Shown here piece by piece: positions 29,708 through 39,573 of a stretch of DNA of 50,924 nt. The translations under genes and the position numbers were made by a program. The first letter of the stretch is position 1. Each line of letters opens with the position of its first letter. Source of the DNA: Faecousia sp. (GTDB lineage: Bacteria > Bacillota > Clostridia > Oscillospirales > Oscillospiraceae); assembly GCA_045126955.1 (NCBI GenBank), contig JBGVPJ010000047.1, positions 1-50,924 of the forward strand. Reading direction: 5' to 3'. The notes below the pieces were generated by a model. It ran no database searches. It was given only the letters and a program-made list of their open reading frames with translations, and was not told the DNA's origin.

Positions 29708-30586
29708 TTATTCCTCCCGTAATAGCTTTTGAATGGCGTCCAGTTCCGCCTGGCCCGGTTCTCCGGAGGCACCCTTGGGAATGGGCTTCCGGTCGCCGGA
29801 TTTCACTTGCTCTACCGTGTAGAAACCGGCCTCCTGCCAGCGCAGAAGAATCTTGTTCATGTATGCCCAGCTAAGACCGCCGGTGTTCAGACAGGTGCGT
29901 TCATAGGCCAGTGCCAGTATGTCTTCCCCAAATCCCATATCCAGCCAATTTTTGGCATAGCGCTCCTCTCCGGCGGTCAAGGTTCTGCCGCGGATTTGCA
30001 GTATCTTCATAAGACCGGCCAGCTGTGTGTTGCGCATATTTTGATTTTGGATAAAGGCGACAGCCTCCTCCATGGTATCAATGCCCTGCTCGGCCCATAA
30101 GTAAGCCTCTTTCTCGATGGTGCGCAGACTGGGGTTTCGCAGGTTGCCCTTGGCGCGGGCACGCTCCTTGCAGTAGCACACCAGCACGGAAATCACATCC
30201 CCGGGCAGACCCAAATAGCGGATAAACCCGAGAAGAATTTTCAGCTCCTCGGTATTCAGGCTTCTGCCAAGCACCCGTTGCACCTCGCCGTACAGCGCCT
30301 GAAAGCTTTTATCTGTGTGCATGGCGCCCAGTACATCCTGCTCGGAATACTGGGGGCGCTCCCCGGAGAATAGGGGAGCGTTGCGCTCCTGGGGCCATAG
30401 GCCCAGCTGTCGCAAGGTGGCGGCGGCGCAGGAGAAACGGGATTGGGACAGTTGCAGTGCTTGTTCTGCCTGTGAGGGGTCGTTGCCGCCGGTGATGTAC
30501 AGGTACAGCAGCGTCGCATCGGGGTTTTTGGCGCACAGCAGCTTATGGACGTGCGCCTGTGGAATGTGCAGTTCGGTTGCGTTCAT
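29708..30586 (-). CDS. DnaD domain protein
   Basis: Two DnaD-like repeats (YMNKILLRW; IEKEAYLWAEQGIDT); sits directly upstream of the DnaC-like gene. Confidence 0.85.
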   Translation of the reverse strand: MNATELHIPQAHVHKLLCAKNPDATLLYLYITGGNDPSQAEQALQLSQSRFSCAAATLRQLGLWPQERNAPLFSGERPQYSEQDVLGAMHTDKSFQALYGEVQRVLGRSLNTEELKILLGFIRYLGLPGDVISVLVCYCKERARAKGNLRNPSLRTIEKEAYLWAEQGIDTMEEAVAFIQNQNMRNTQLAGLMKILQIRGRTLTAGEERYAKNWLDMGFGEDILALAYERTCLNTGGLSWAYMNKILLRWQEAGFYTVEQVKSGDRKPIPKGASGEPGQAELDAIQKLLREE

Positions 30587-30893
30587 AGGCTGCTCCTCTC
30601 AAAATGTCAATTACAGTCATTATAGCACAGATTTTCTGCAGGCACAACGGCTATTAAGAGAAGTTTTATTAGAAAAACCGGGTCAAAATTTGGCATATCA
30701 CTGCATATTGTGGTGGAGAAAATTTTTAGCCACAACAGGCAAGACGGGTGTTGCTTGTCACCATAAATATAAATTTGCTGCGGTTTTCTTATTAATAGAC
30801 TGTTTACAAGTATGGAAAATTTCGCTATAATATATTTTATTAAAGTGGCGGAGTGTATGCTGCGCCCATTCGATTATTTTTGAGGTGTATCCT

Positions 30894-32702
30894 ATGACAG
30901 ACCTTTCCAAGATTCGAAATTTTTCCATTATTGCCCACATTGACCACGGCAAGTCCACACTGGCAGACCGGCTGCTGGAGGAATGTGCGGCTATCGATAA
31001 ACGGGAGATGGAGGACCAGATTTTGGACTCCATGGATTTAGAGCGGGAGCGGGGCATTACCATTAAAGCTACTGCTGTACAGCTGACTTATCAGGCAGAT
31101 GACGGGGAAACCTATGCTCTGAATCTTATTGATACCCCGGGTCATGTGGACTTTAACTATGAGGTATCCCGCTCCTTGGCAGCCTGTGAAGGTGCGGTGC
31201 TGGTGGTGGACGCCTCTCAAGGCGTGGAAGCACAAACGCTGGCAAATACCTTCCTTGCCACCGATGCAGGCTTGGAGGTGCTGCCGGTCATTAACAAGAT
31301 TGACCTGCCCTCTGCCCGGCCGCAGGAGGTAAAACAGGAGATTGAGGATATTATCTGCGTGCCTGCTGAGGATGCGCCGGAGATTTCCGCCAAGAACGGT
31401 ATTAATATCCATGCTGTGCTGGAGATGATTGTAAACGGTGTGCCGGCTCCCACCGGTGACCGGAATGCACCGCTACAGGCGCTGATTTTTGACAGCCAGT
31501 ACGATTCCTATCGGGGCGTGATCGTCTACACCCGAATCAAGCAGGGCACTGTGCGACCGGGTATGGACATTAAAATGATGGCCACCGGTGCCACCTACAA
31601 GGTGGTGGAGGTAGGTACCATGAGTCCTAAGGGATTGGTTCCCGGGGAGGCGCTGGGTGCCGGCGAGGTCGGCTACATTACCGCCTCCATTAAGACGGTA
31701 TCTGACACCCAGGTGGGTGACACCATTACAGGGCTTGAGAATCCCGCAAAAGAACCCCTTCCCGGCTACCGGCAGGTACAGCCTATGGTCTACTCCGGTG
31801 TTTATCCGGCAGACGGCGCCAAGTATCAGGATTTGCGGGAGGCCTTGGAAAAGCTGAAGCTGAACGATGCATCTTTTGTCTACGAGCTGGAAAGCTCCAT
31901 TGCCCTCGGTTTTGGTTTCCGGTGCGGCTTTTTGGGATTGCTCCACATGGAGATTATTCAGGAGCGGCTGGAGCGGGAGTATAATTTGGATTTAATCACC
32001 ACCGCCCCAAACGTCTCTTATCGGGTCACAACCTTGGACGGCACTGTGCACATGGTGGATAACCCCTTGGACTACCCGGACCCCATGAATATTCAGCTGG
32101 CGGAGGAGCCTTTTGTAAAGATCAACCTTATGGCACCGCAGGAGTATGTGGGCAACATTATGGACTTGGCCACCTCCCGCCGAGGCGAATTTAAGGATAT
32201 GGTCTATTTGGATGCCAATCGGGTAGAATTACATTATGAGATGCCTCTGAATGAGATTATTTATGACTTTTTCGATGCGCTGAAATCCCGCACCCGTGGC
32301 TACGGCAGTTTGGACTATGAGCTGATTGGCTACCGACCCAGCCGGTTGGTTAAGTTGGATATTCTCCTGAACGGCGATATTGTGGATGCCCTCAGCTTCA
32401 TTCTTTTTGCAGACAATGCCTATCCCCGTGCGCGGAAAATCTGCGAGCGGCTGAAGGAGAATATCCCCCGTGCCCAGTTTGAGATTCCGGTGCAGGCAGC
32501 GATTGGCGGTAAGATTATCGCCCGGGAGACCATTAAGGCTTTGCGTAAGGATGTGCTGGCCAAGTGCTACGGCGGTGACATCACCCGAAAGAAGAAGCTG
32601 TTGGAAAAGCAGAAGGAAGGCAAGAAGCGGATGCGTACCTTCGGCACCGTGTCCGTTCCCTCGGAGGCCTTTATGGCCGTTCTCAAGCTGGACGAGAATT
32701 AA
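30894..32702 (+). CDS. lepA: Elongation factor 4
   Basis: [55 protein letters not shown]. Confidence 0.98.
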   Translation: MTDLSKIRNFSIIAHIDHGKSTLADRLLEECAAIDKREMEDQILDSMDLERERGITIKATAVQLTYQADDGETYALNLIDTPGHVDFNYEVSRSLAACEGAVLVVDASQGVEAQTLANTFLATDAGLEVLPVINKIDLPSARPQEVKQEIEDIICVPAEDAPEISAKNGINIHAVLEMIVNGVPAPTGDRNAPLQALIFDSQYDSYRGVIVYTRIKQGTVRPGMDIKMMATGATYKVVEVGTMSPKGLVPGEALGAGEVGYITASIKTVSDTQVGDTITGLENPAKEPLPGYRQVQPMVYSGVYPADGAKYQDLREALEKLKLNDASFVYELESSIALGFGFRCGFLGLLHMEIIQERLEREYNLDLITTAPNVSYRVTTLDGTVHMVDNPLDYPDPMNIQLAEEPFVKINLMAPQEYVGNIMDLATSRRGEFKDMVYLDANRVELHYEMPLNEIIYDFFDALKSRTRGYGSLDYELIGYRPSRLVKLDILLNGDIVDALSFILFADNAYPRARKICERLKENIPRAQFEIPVQAAIGGKIIARETIKALRKDVLAKCYGGDITRKKKLLEKQKEGKKRMRTFGTVSVPSEAFMAVLKLDEN

Positions 32703-32840
32703 GCAGGCAATGCGCGCATGGCTGTTCTATAACCGTTATGCCCTCCTCGCCATGCTCGGTTCGTTACCTTTCTAAGTGATATATTAGGAAGTTTTTGTCG
32801 TTTTATAGATTGAAGGCGTTTACAGCCAAGGAGATAGCTC

Positions 32841-34013
32841 ATGCCTTTGTTTAGCAATAAAAACAAAACCCCTTTGGGAATATACATTCATGTGCCCTTC
32901 TGTCGTAGCAAGTGCCAATACTGCGACTTTTACTCCGTGACCACCAAGGAGGATGAACTGCTGGACGGTTATCAAGATGCAGTCTGTGCCCACATCAAGG
33001 AGGCCGGCGCATTGGCACCGGATTATGTGGTTGATACCATCTATTTTGGCGGCGGTACCCCCAGCTTTTTCGGCGCTGATGGCATGGCGGCAATCCTCAC
33101 AGCTATTCGCAAGGCTTTCCGTGTGTCCTCTACGGCAGAAATCACCTTTGAGGCCAATCCGGACTCTGTGTCTGACCGCCTTCTGCGGCGGCTGCGCAGT
33201 GAGGGCTTTAACCGGGTGAGCTTAGGTATCCAGTGTGACGATGATGAGATTCTCAAGAAACTGGGCCGTCCCCATACCTACCAACAGGCGGTGGCGGCGG
33301 TAAAGCGGATTCGCAAGTTTCGTTTTAAGAACCTGTCGCTGGATTTGATGTACGGCCTGCCCGGACAGAGCCTGCAGGACTGGGAACGCACCCTCACCAA
33401 TGTGCTGAAGCTCCAGCCGGAGCACATCAGCTGCTATGGACTAAAAGTGGAAGAGGGTACACCCCTCTACCGGTACCACGAGTTCTGCAATCTGGCAGAT
33501 GATGACACACAGGCGGATATGTACCTGTCTGCCATTGAAATTCTCCGACAGCATGGCTACCGACAGTATGAGATTTCTAATTTCTGCCGCAAGGGAATGG
33601 TTTCCCGGCATAACTTAAAGTACTGGAATGGCGAACCTTATTTGGGCTTCGGACCAAATGCCAGCTCCGACTTTGGCGGCAGCCGGTTCACCATCATTCG
33701 GGATTTGCCGGGGTATATTGACGGCATTAAGCATGGTGGTCAGGTACTGCAGGACATTCAGGAGATTGCCCCTCGGGAGCGGGCGGGCGAATACCTGATG
33801 ATGCGCCTGCGCACCGCGGCCGGCATCGACCCCAAGGTATACGAGCGGCGGTATCTCATGCCCTTTGCGCCCTTGGAAAAGAGCCTTATGGTCTGTAAGG
33901 AGCGGGGTCTTGCCAACAAGACCTTTGATGGACGCTGGCATTTGACACCCAACGGTTTTTTGGTATCCAACAGCATTATCTCCGATCTTTTACTGATTCA
34001 AGAGAAGTACTGA
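32841..34013 (+). CDS. hemW: Radical SAM heme chaperone HemW
   Basis: YIHVPFCRSKCQYCDF, GGGTPS, YEISNF, HNLKYW; follows lepA. Confidence 0.9.
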   Translation: MPLFSNKNKTPLGIYIHVPFCRSKCQYCDFYSVTTKEDELLDGYQDAVCAHIKEAGALAPDYVVDTIYFGGGTPSFFGADGMAAILTAIRKAFRVSSTAEITFEANPDSVSDRLLRRLRSEGFNRVSLGIQCDDDEILKKLGRPHTYQQAVAAVKRIRKFRFKNLSLDLMYGLPGQSLQDWERTLTNVLKLQPEHISCYGLKVEEGTPLYRYHEFCNLADDDTQADMYLSAIEILRQHGYRQYEISNFCRKGMVSRHNLKYWNGEPYLGFGPNASSDFGGSRFTIIRDLPGYIDGIKHGGQVLQDIQEIAPRERAGEYLMMRLRTAAGIDPKVYERRYLMPFAPLEKSLMVCKERGLANKTFDGRWHLTPNGFLVSNSIISDLLLIQEKY

Positions 34014-34098
34014 CAATCAAATAAAGAAAGTGCAATTGTTCTTTATTTTACGTTGGAAGCGTGTTCTGTCCGTTATATAGTAAAATTTTAAAATTTCC

Positions 34099-34140
34099 AA
34101 AAGCAAGGCACTCCTTTCTGTAAAGGAGTGCCTTGCTTTT
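34099..34140. terminator. Bidirectional terminator
   Basis: aaaagcaaggcactccttt / aaaggagtgccttgctttt perfect inverted repeat. Confidence 0.8.
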
Positions 34141-34153
34141 GGTACAACCAATA

Positions 34154-34240
34154 CGGATTGCCACGGCTTGCAAACAAGCTTCGCAATGACGGTGGTTTTT
34201 GATGGTTACTGCCACTGCCGAAAACCACGTCATTCCGAGA
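34154..34240. repeat. REP-like palindrome (GGATTGCCAC..CGCAATGAC / GTCATTCCGAG type)
   Basis: cggattgccacggcttgcaaacaagcttcgcaatgacggtggtttt..aaaaccacgtcattccgag forms an imperfect hairpin. Confidence 0.55.
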
Positions 34241-34254
34241 ATAGGACAACATTT

Positions 34255-35016
34255 CTAGAAAGATTCCGGGTCGGAAGGGAGGTAACCGTATCTGTTTTTG
34301 AATACCTTGCTGAAATATAAGGGGTCTTCAAAGCCTACCGCCGCCGCTACCGCATACACATAAGAATAATCGCCGCAGTCCAGGATGTTTTTGGCTTGGG
34401 CAAGGCGCTTTTCTAATACATACTTTTTCGGGGGGATGCCGTATACCGCAATAAAGATCTTCCGGAAATAGGTATCGGATATGTTGCACAAGGTGTGCAG
34501 CTGTCCAATCTTCAAGCTGCAATCGAAAATGTTATTCTCTAAATAGTCGATAGCCGGCTTTATCAAATTCCTTTTGTCTGAGCTGCAATAACTTTTTCTT
34601 TCGTGTTGATATATAATGGTTGCGATTTTATAAAACAGGGACATGCTCTCCATCGTACCGGAAGGACTACCGAAAATTAAGACCCGGATTAGCCGGTCAA
34701 TTATGTGCCTGAACATGTGAAAGTCGCTGCAAGGGAAGAGCCTTGGCTGGCAGTCCGGTAATGAGGCCGTGAAGTTGATCACAGCATAGTGGCTTTCCTC
34801 CGGAGAAACCCTGCCGACAGTGTAGGTGGCTCCCATTGGGATAAAAAGTACCTGCCCCTTAGACAGCGAGATCTTTTTGTCGTGAAAAGTATACACACTT
34901 TCTCCGTCGATCTTAAAGATTAGTGCATGATATGGCCTGTCTGTAAACTGTTGCTTGATGGCTGATTTGCCATACAACGCGCTGACAATTTTTAATTTTT
35001 CCATACTCTCAAACAT
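34255..35016 (-). CDS. AraC-family transcriptional regulator
   Basis: C-terminal ISDTYFRKIF..YGIPP..VGFEDPLYFSKVFK; N-terminal cupin-like domain. The start is chosen after ggtga, and the upstream part of the ORF contains the -10 box. Confidence 0.88.
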   Translation of the reverse strand: MFESMEKLKIVSALYGKSAIKQQFTDRPYHALIFKIDGESVYTFHDKKISLSKGQVLFIPMGATYTVGRVSPEESHYAVINFTASLPDCQPRLFPCSDFHMFRHIIDRLIRVLIFGSPSGTMESMSLFYKIATIIYQHERKSYCSSDKRNLIKPAIDYLENNIFDCSLKIGQLHTLCNISDTYFRKIFIAVYGIPPKKYVLEKRLAQAKNILDCGDYSYVYAVAAAVGFEDPLYFSKVFKNRYGYLPSDPESF

Positions 35017-35144
35017 AAAATCACCGGATTTATTATAACATTCCATTGCCTTGTGTCAATAAGTGTTTTAAAAATTCTATATTGTAATTTTATTTCCCTT
35101 TACATGGCAGCCATAGACGGTATAATTGCACTGGGTGATGTGAT

Positions 35145-36053
35145 ATGTTTGTTATCTTCAGTCAGGTTCTAATTCTTCTTATCTTTGTGTTCATAGGTTT
35201 TGTATTAGGCAAGGGGAATGTTGTGAAAACGGAACACACGAAAATACTATCGAGTTTGTTGGTGTATGTTTTCCTGTCTTGCAATATTTATAAGACCTTC
35301 TCAGCCAGATTCTCTCCGGCATACATAGCAACCAATTACAGACTGCTTCTCATATCCGCGGCTGTGTTGTGTGTTTTGTTGGTGGCGGCGCATTTCGCGG
35401 CAAAGGTATTTTCAAAAAATAAATACGAACGGTGTATTTACGAATACTCTCTGGTGATCCCTAACTACGGGTATATCGGATATGCTTTGGCTGAGGCGCT
35501 GTTTGGGCAAGCGGGTCTCATTAACTTCATGACTTTTGCAGTACCTGTTTCGCTCTATACCTATACCTTTGGTTTTGCTAAGCTGACCAAACAGGGTGCC
35601 AGTCTGAAAAAACTGTGCAACCCGGTAATTATTTCTATGGTCCTGGGTATCATAGCCGGATTGTCCGGCTTTACAGTTCCGGATGTGCTGACCGATGTGA
35701 TAAATAAGGCAAGCGGCTGTATGGCTCCGGTGAGCATGCTGCTTGCGGGTATCGTCATATCGGGTTTTTCCCTTAAAAGCATGCTCAGCAATATCAAAAG
35801 CTATGGTTTCGTCATGCTCCGGCTTGTGGTGATACCGCTGCTGTTGGGTACCGTGTTGTGCCTGTTTTGTGAACAACGTGTGGTGCAGACGGCCATTTTG
35901 TTCTATGCGCTCCCCTGCGGTCTCAATACGGTGGTTTTCCCAAGGCTGGTGGACGAGAATTGTCAGATCGGTGCCGGTCTGGCGCTGATTTCCACGGTGC
36001 TTTCCTGTGTCACACTTCCTGTTATTTTAACAATATTTCATATAGGAGGATGA
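35145..36053 (+). CDS. AEC (auxin efflux carrier / malate permease) family transporter
   Basis: Highly hydrophobic; PNYGYIGY, NPVII, RLVVIP, ISTVLS..TLP. Confidence 0.88.
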   Translation: MFVIFSQVLILLIFVFIGFVLGKGNVVKTEHTKILSSLLVYVFLSCNIYKTFSARFSPAYIATNYRLLLISAAVLCVLLVAAHFAAKVFSKNKYERCIYEYSLVIPNYGYIGYALAEALFGQAGLINFMTFAVPVSLYTYTFGFAKLTKQGASLKKLCNPVIISMVLGIIAGLSGFTVPDVLTDVINKASGCMAPVSMLLAGIVISGFSLKSMLSNIKSYGFVMLRLVVIPLLLGTVLCLFCEQRVVQTAILFYALPCGLNTVVFPRLVDENCQIGAGLALISTVLSCVTLPVILTIFHIGG

Positions 36054-36056
36054 TTT

Positions 36057-37625
36057 ATGTATCCAATTGTTACTGAAAATGAAACCGTAAGTGTTACTGA
36101 ACAGTATTTTACAATGCCCGATGGAGTAAAGCTCTATACACGAATTGTGGTACCGAAAGGCAAGGATAAATATCCCATTATATTTAAGAGGTCACCGTAT
36201 GAACCGGCGCATAACGGTGTTGCACACGACATTTCTCAATACGACAATGACAGATTCATAAAAAATGGGTATGCCTTTATTTTGCAGCATTGCAGAGGCA
36301 GAGGTGATAGCGAGGGATTTTGCGTTCCCTATGAGGAAAGAAACGATGGGTTAAGCAGTCTTGAAATTATTAGAAAGCTTGATATTTATAACGGTGAGAT
36401 ATACCTTTTCGGTGGAAGCTACCTTTCTACTGCACATTTGAGCTATCTGGACACAAACCCTGAAGATGTTAAGGGTGCTGTGCTTTTTGTACAAACAGAC
36501 AGGATGTATTTCAGAAATTACAGAAACGGTTGTTGTTATGATTTTTGTAATCTAAATTGGTGGCTTGGAATGATAAAACGGCAATTCCCAAATCCCAATT
36601 TAGATGGTGCAGTGAAAAGACCTTATAAAAACATTATGAAACGCGCTATTGGCACGGAATACTCCCCTTATACAGATTTACTGCTAAATGATAAATACAA
36701 TGATTTCTGGAAAAATGATCCGAGAACCTATGTAATAGATAATCTTAAAATCCCTGTCCTTTTTGTTGAGGGGTGGTATGATTTTTATATTGAAGGTATG
36801 TTTTCAATGTGGGAACGACTACCCAAAACCACTAAAAACAAATCGGCATTTATTGTAGGACCTTGGGGGCACGGTACCTCTGTTCCCTCCGATACAGAAT
36901 ATTCTTTGGAAAACGGCAATATACCCGATGACTTTGATGTGGAATGGTTTAACAGTGTCCGAAGCGACACGGCGTATAAATATGCTAAGAAGGGTCAGGT
37001 CAACTATTACTCCATAGGAAAAGACACTTGGCAAGTTTCTGCATATCCTGCTCCGCTTGCTAACAAGAAACGTCTGTATTTCGGCGAAAGTAATACTTTA
37101 AATGATTCACCTTGCGAAACAGATAAAAACATTTCTTATATTTACGATCCCGAAAAGCGATTAAATTGCTATAAATACCATAATATTTATAAGGCAGCTG
37201 AAGTTGGAAGTGTTGACGGAGTAGTATCTTTTCAGTCGAAAGAATTTAGTGAGGACACATCCTTTTATGGTAAAGTGAGATGGCATATGAATGTCAGCTC
37301 TGATTGTAATGACACAGCTTTTTTCATAAGAGTATATTTCGTTGAAAACAATGTGGCCTATAATCTAACAGAAACGATAACTTCACTCTCACATATAAAG
37401 GAAAACTATAAATCGGGAGAAAAAATTACAATCGACCTCTTCACTCCACCTATTGCTTTTACGATAAAAAGCGGAGCCAAAATCAGAGTAGATATTTCTT
37501 CTGATGGTGGAATTTATGTGCCCCACGCAAATGTTAAGGGACATTGGGCAAAAGTCACCAAAACAAAAATTGCCACGAATACGATCTACTTGAACGATTC
37601 CTTCATTGAGCTTGATATAGAATAG
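36057..37625 (+). CDS. CocE/NonD-family hydrolase (S15)
   Basis: MPDGVKL, RSPY, RGRGDSEG, GGSYL nucleophile, GWYD, GPWGH; visibly AT-rich. Confidence 0.9.
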   Translation: MYPIVTENETVSVTEQYFTMPDGVKLYTRIVVPKGKDKYPIIFKRSPYEPAHNGVAHDISQYDNDRFIKNGYAFILQHCRGRGDSEGFCVPYEERNDGLSSLEIIRKLDIYNGEIYLFGGSYLSTAHLSYLDTNPEDVKGAVLFVQTDRMYFRNYRNGCCYDFCNLNWWLGMIKRQFPNPNLDGAVKRPYKNIMKRAIGTEYSPYTDLLLNDKYNDFWKNDPRTYVIDNLKIPVLFVEGWYDFYIEGMFSMWERLPKTTKNKSAFIVGPWGHGTSVPSDTEYSLENGNIPDDFDVEWFNSVRSDTAYKYAKKGQVNYYSIGKDTWQVSAYPAPLANKKRLYFGESNTLNDSPCETDKNISYIYDPEKRLNCYKYHNIYKAAEVGSVDGVVSFQSKEFSEDTSFYGKVRWHMNVSSDCNDTAFFIRVYFVENNVAYNLTETITSLSHIKENYKSGEKITIDLFTPPIAFTIKSGAKIRVDISSDGGIYVPHANVKGHWAKVTKTKIATNTIYLNDSFIELDIE

Positions 37626-37630
37626 TTCAC

Positions 37631-37656
37631 ATGCCTCCCTACATTTAGGGAGGCAT
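37631..37656. terminator. Hairpin terminator
   Basis: atgcctcccta-catt-tagggaggcat. Confidence 0.7.
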
Positions 37657-37720
37657 TCGTTTATAATGCATCTTTCACAGATGGAATTTAATCTGGAATT
37701 TATTGGCAATCCCTTCTCTT

Positions 37721-37843
37721 TTATGCCGCGGCATTCAGCATATTTTCAATAAAAATGCCATAGCCGGTGGTTGGGTCGTTTACAAGGACATGGGTAACCG
37801 CGCCGACCAGCTTGCCGTCTTGGATAATGGGACTGCCGGACAC
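37721..37843 (-). pseudogene. Displaced spoIVB 3' end, copy 3
   Basis: Translates (V)[39 protein letters not shown], matching the SpoIVB C-terminus at 39760-39882. Confidence 0.95.
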
Positions 37844-38015
37844 GCTGATGTCAAGTAAGGGACAAAAGAATTTTGTGCTTCTCTGCGGTTTTTATGCGTT
37901 TTTTGCAGGTAAACGGCAGGTTTTTACACACCTCAATCAGAATCCCTAAGTTGACATGGATGAATTGTCGAAAATACCGTATTTTAAGACTTCTCGCATT
38001 TCCGACAAATTCTGA
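37843..38015. repeat. Conserved non-coding cassette arm, copy A
   Basis: cgctgatgtcaagtaagggacaaaagaattttgtg..taagttgacat..cgacaaattctga aligns with 38972-39143. Confidence 0.9.
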
Positions 38016-38086
38016 GATATGCCGGACCATCGGTTTTATCTTCTAATAAACCAAAACGCAAGCTGAAAAACAGCTTGCGTTGCATG

Positions 38087-38416
38087 TTATAAGATAGAAA
38101 TTGTTCCGATAATATGATGATTAAAGTTTTCCAGTTCTTCTGCGGGAATCCACAGTTCTTGGTGATAGCTTGCTCCAACGGTCTGTACCGGGAACTGAGC
38201 GATATAGGTATCATCAACTTCAAAAGTGGTAACATACCCAGTGTACTGTGAGTCAGCATATCTTTTGTTCCATTTTTCTGCAATTTCCCGGGCATAGCGT
38301 TCGTTCAGCACGGGATAGAAGATGGGTTGTTCTGGCAAACGGGGAGGGTATGCAGTAAAGCCGGATTGTACAATCAAATCATATTCTGCTTGCCCCACAG
38401 GACGATAAAGTCTCAT
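38087..38416 (-). CDS. Conserved small protein, family often labelled ADP-ribosylation/crystallin J1; possible ART-like fold
   Basis: LYRPVG..PPRLPEQPIFYPVLN..WN..GYVT.F.V..ELWIPAEEL..FN; ATGA overlap with the upstream ORF; aggag RBS. Confidence 0.8.
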   Translation of the reverse strand: MRLYRPVGQAEYDLIVQSGFTAYPPRLPEQPIFYPVLNERYAREIAEKWNKRYADSQYTGYVTTFEVDDTYIAQFPVQTVGASYHQELWIPAEELENFNHHIIGTISIL

Positions 38417-38703
38417 TCTGTATCTCCTCTTTTCAATGTCCAACCAAACATTTCTTTAAAGTCTTCGTAGCATTCCGGGCAAATCCAGTCAGCATCACGA
38501 CAATTCTGCGGTCTGGTACAGTAGCCTTCTTGTAGACATTCCTCGTGCAAATAAAACTTGGCCCAACAGAAAGTGCAATGCTCATGATCCCAGTTTTCAG
38601 AAAGCGGTTGGAAAGGTATGTAATACAAGGGGATGTTCTTTAGCTTTTCTTCGTTACCCAGAACAGGTCCGGCAGTTAACCGCCAATCGTCCTTTTCAAT
38701 CAT
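38413..38703 (-). CDS. Hypothetical Cys/His-rich protein (possible Zn binding)
   Basis: 96 aa; WDHEHCTFCW and WICPECYEDF motifs; directly after a promoter and RBS. Confidence 0.75.
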   Translation of the reverse strand: MIEKDDWRLTAGPVLGNEEKLKNIPLYYIPFQPLSENWDHEHCTFCWAKFYLHEECLQEGYCTRPQNCRDADWICPECYEDFKEMFGWTLKRGDTE

Positions 38704-38714
38704 ATTGTTCACCG

Positions 38715-38765
38715 CCTTTTCTTTTATCATATCACAAGGCGGCAGAATTGGCAACAAAAAGCGGG
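38715..38765 (-). promoter_or_regulatory. Cassette sigma-A-type promoter/RBS module, copy 2
   Basis: TTGCCA-N17-TATGAT with extended TG, followed by aaaagaaaagg; homologous to 39574-39624. Confidence 0.75.
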
Positions 38766-38781
38766 GGCTAATAGCCGCCCG

Positions 38782-38848
38782 CGGGCGAACACAGTTCGCC
38801 CCTACGGTGTGTATCGTTTCTATTCGTAGGGGCGATCTGCGATCGCCT
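38782..38848. repeat. Inverted pair of GTAG-type REP sequences (REPIN-like)
   Basis: cgggcgaacacagttcgcccctacg and cgtaggggcgatctgcgatcgcc: each has GTAG followed by a short palindrome, in opposite orientations. Confidence 0.75.
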
Positions 38849-38849
38849 G

Positions 38850-38972
38850 TTATGCCGCAGCATCTAACATATTTTCGATGAAGATGCCATATCCCGTTGT
38901 GGGATCGTTGACCAGCACATGAGTAACGGCGCCTACCAGTTTTCCGTCCTGTATAATCGGTGAGCCGGACAC
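38850..38972 (-). pseudogene. Displaced spoIVB 3' end, copy 2
   Basis: Translates (V)[39 protein letters not shown]. Confidence 0.95.
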
Positions 38973-39143
38973 GCTGATGTCAAGTATGGGACAAAAGAAT
39001 TTTGTGTTTTTCTGCGGTTTTTATGCGTTTTTGCGGGTAAAAGGCAGGTTTTGACACACTCCAACCGCAATCCTTAAGTTGACATAGATGAAATGTCGAA
39101 ACTGGTCGCTTTTAAGTTTTCTTTCACTTTCGACAAATTCTGA
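38972..39143. repeat. Conserved non-coding cassette arm, copy B
   Basis: cgctgatgtcaagtatgggacaaaagaattttgtg..taagttgacat..cgacaaattctga. Confidence 0.9.
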
Positions 39144-39224
39144 TTTCGGGGGGTGCGCAAGTATCTATCCTTAGAATGACCAGTAAAAAGCGCAAGCCGT
39201 AGGAGATACAGCTTGCGCTTAGTA

Positions 39225-39563
39225 TTAAGATATGAATTGACAAATAACCATCATGATACCTAATATACCAAATATTATGGGTATGCCGTACGCATCTGAT
39301 TTTTTGACTTTTCCCCATATGATATGATCCGGCGTCATCTTCTGATGGTAGGCATTTTGATAAGAGCAGTAAATATGCTTCCACCGGAATATGTAACCAA
39401 TTAGACTATATAAAGCATACACGAAAAAGCCTATACCCATTCGGAGCATAAAAAATTCTTTACCAAAACAGAACACAAAAGCAAACACACAAGCAATCCA
39501 AAGATAGCGATGAAAATAGGCGAGCATTTTTACTGTTGCATGTCTGCGCTTTGTTGCGTTCAT
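39225..39563 (-). CDS. Hypothetical membrane protein (112 aa, about 3 TM segments)
   Basis: ATG 39563 follows aaggag; hydrophobic segments; AT-rich. The longer ORF-track start runs through a repeat and the spoIVB tail. Confidence 0.75.
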   Translation of the reverse strand: MNATKRRHATVKMLAYFHRYLWIACVFAFVFCFGKEFFMLRMGIGFFVYALYSLIGYIFRWKHIYCSYQNAYHQKMTPDHIIWGKVKKSDAYGIPIIFGILGIMMVICQFIS

Positions 39564-39573
39564 CTTTAGCACT

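Larger units (their letters stand above)
37843..38971 (-). mobile_element. Putative integrative cassette 2 (1129 bp) at the spoIVB att site
   Basis: Bounded by gccggaca junctions ending at 37842 and 38971; contains spoIVB tail, REP pair, promoter, two ORFs, hairpin and conserved arm. Confidence 0.75.

Noticed and set aside
28727-30586. DnaD + DnaC-like pair as a prophage or IS21 replication module
   Set aside because: No phage genes or IstA transposase nearby; it is co-oriented with housekeeping HAD and yfbR genes, as expected for chromosomal replication genes.
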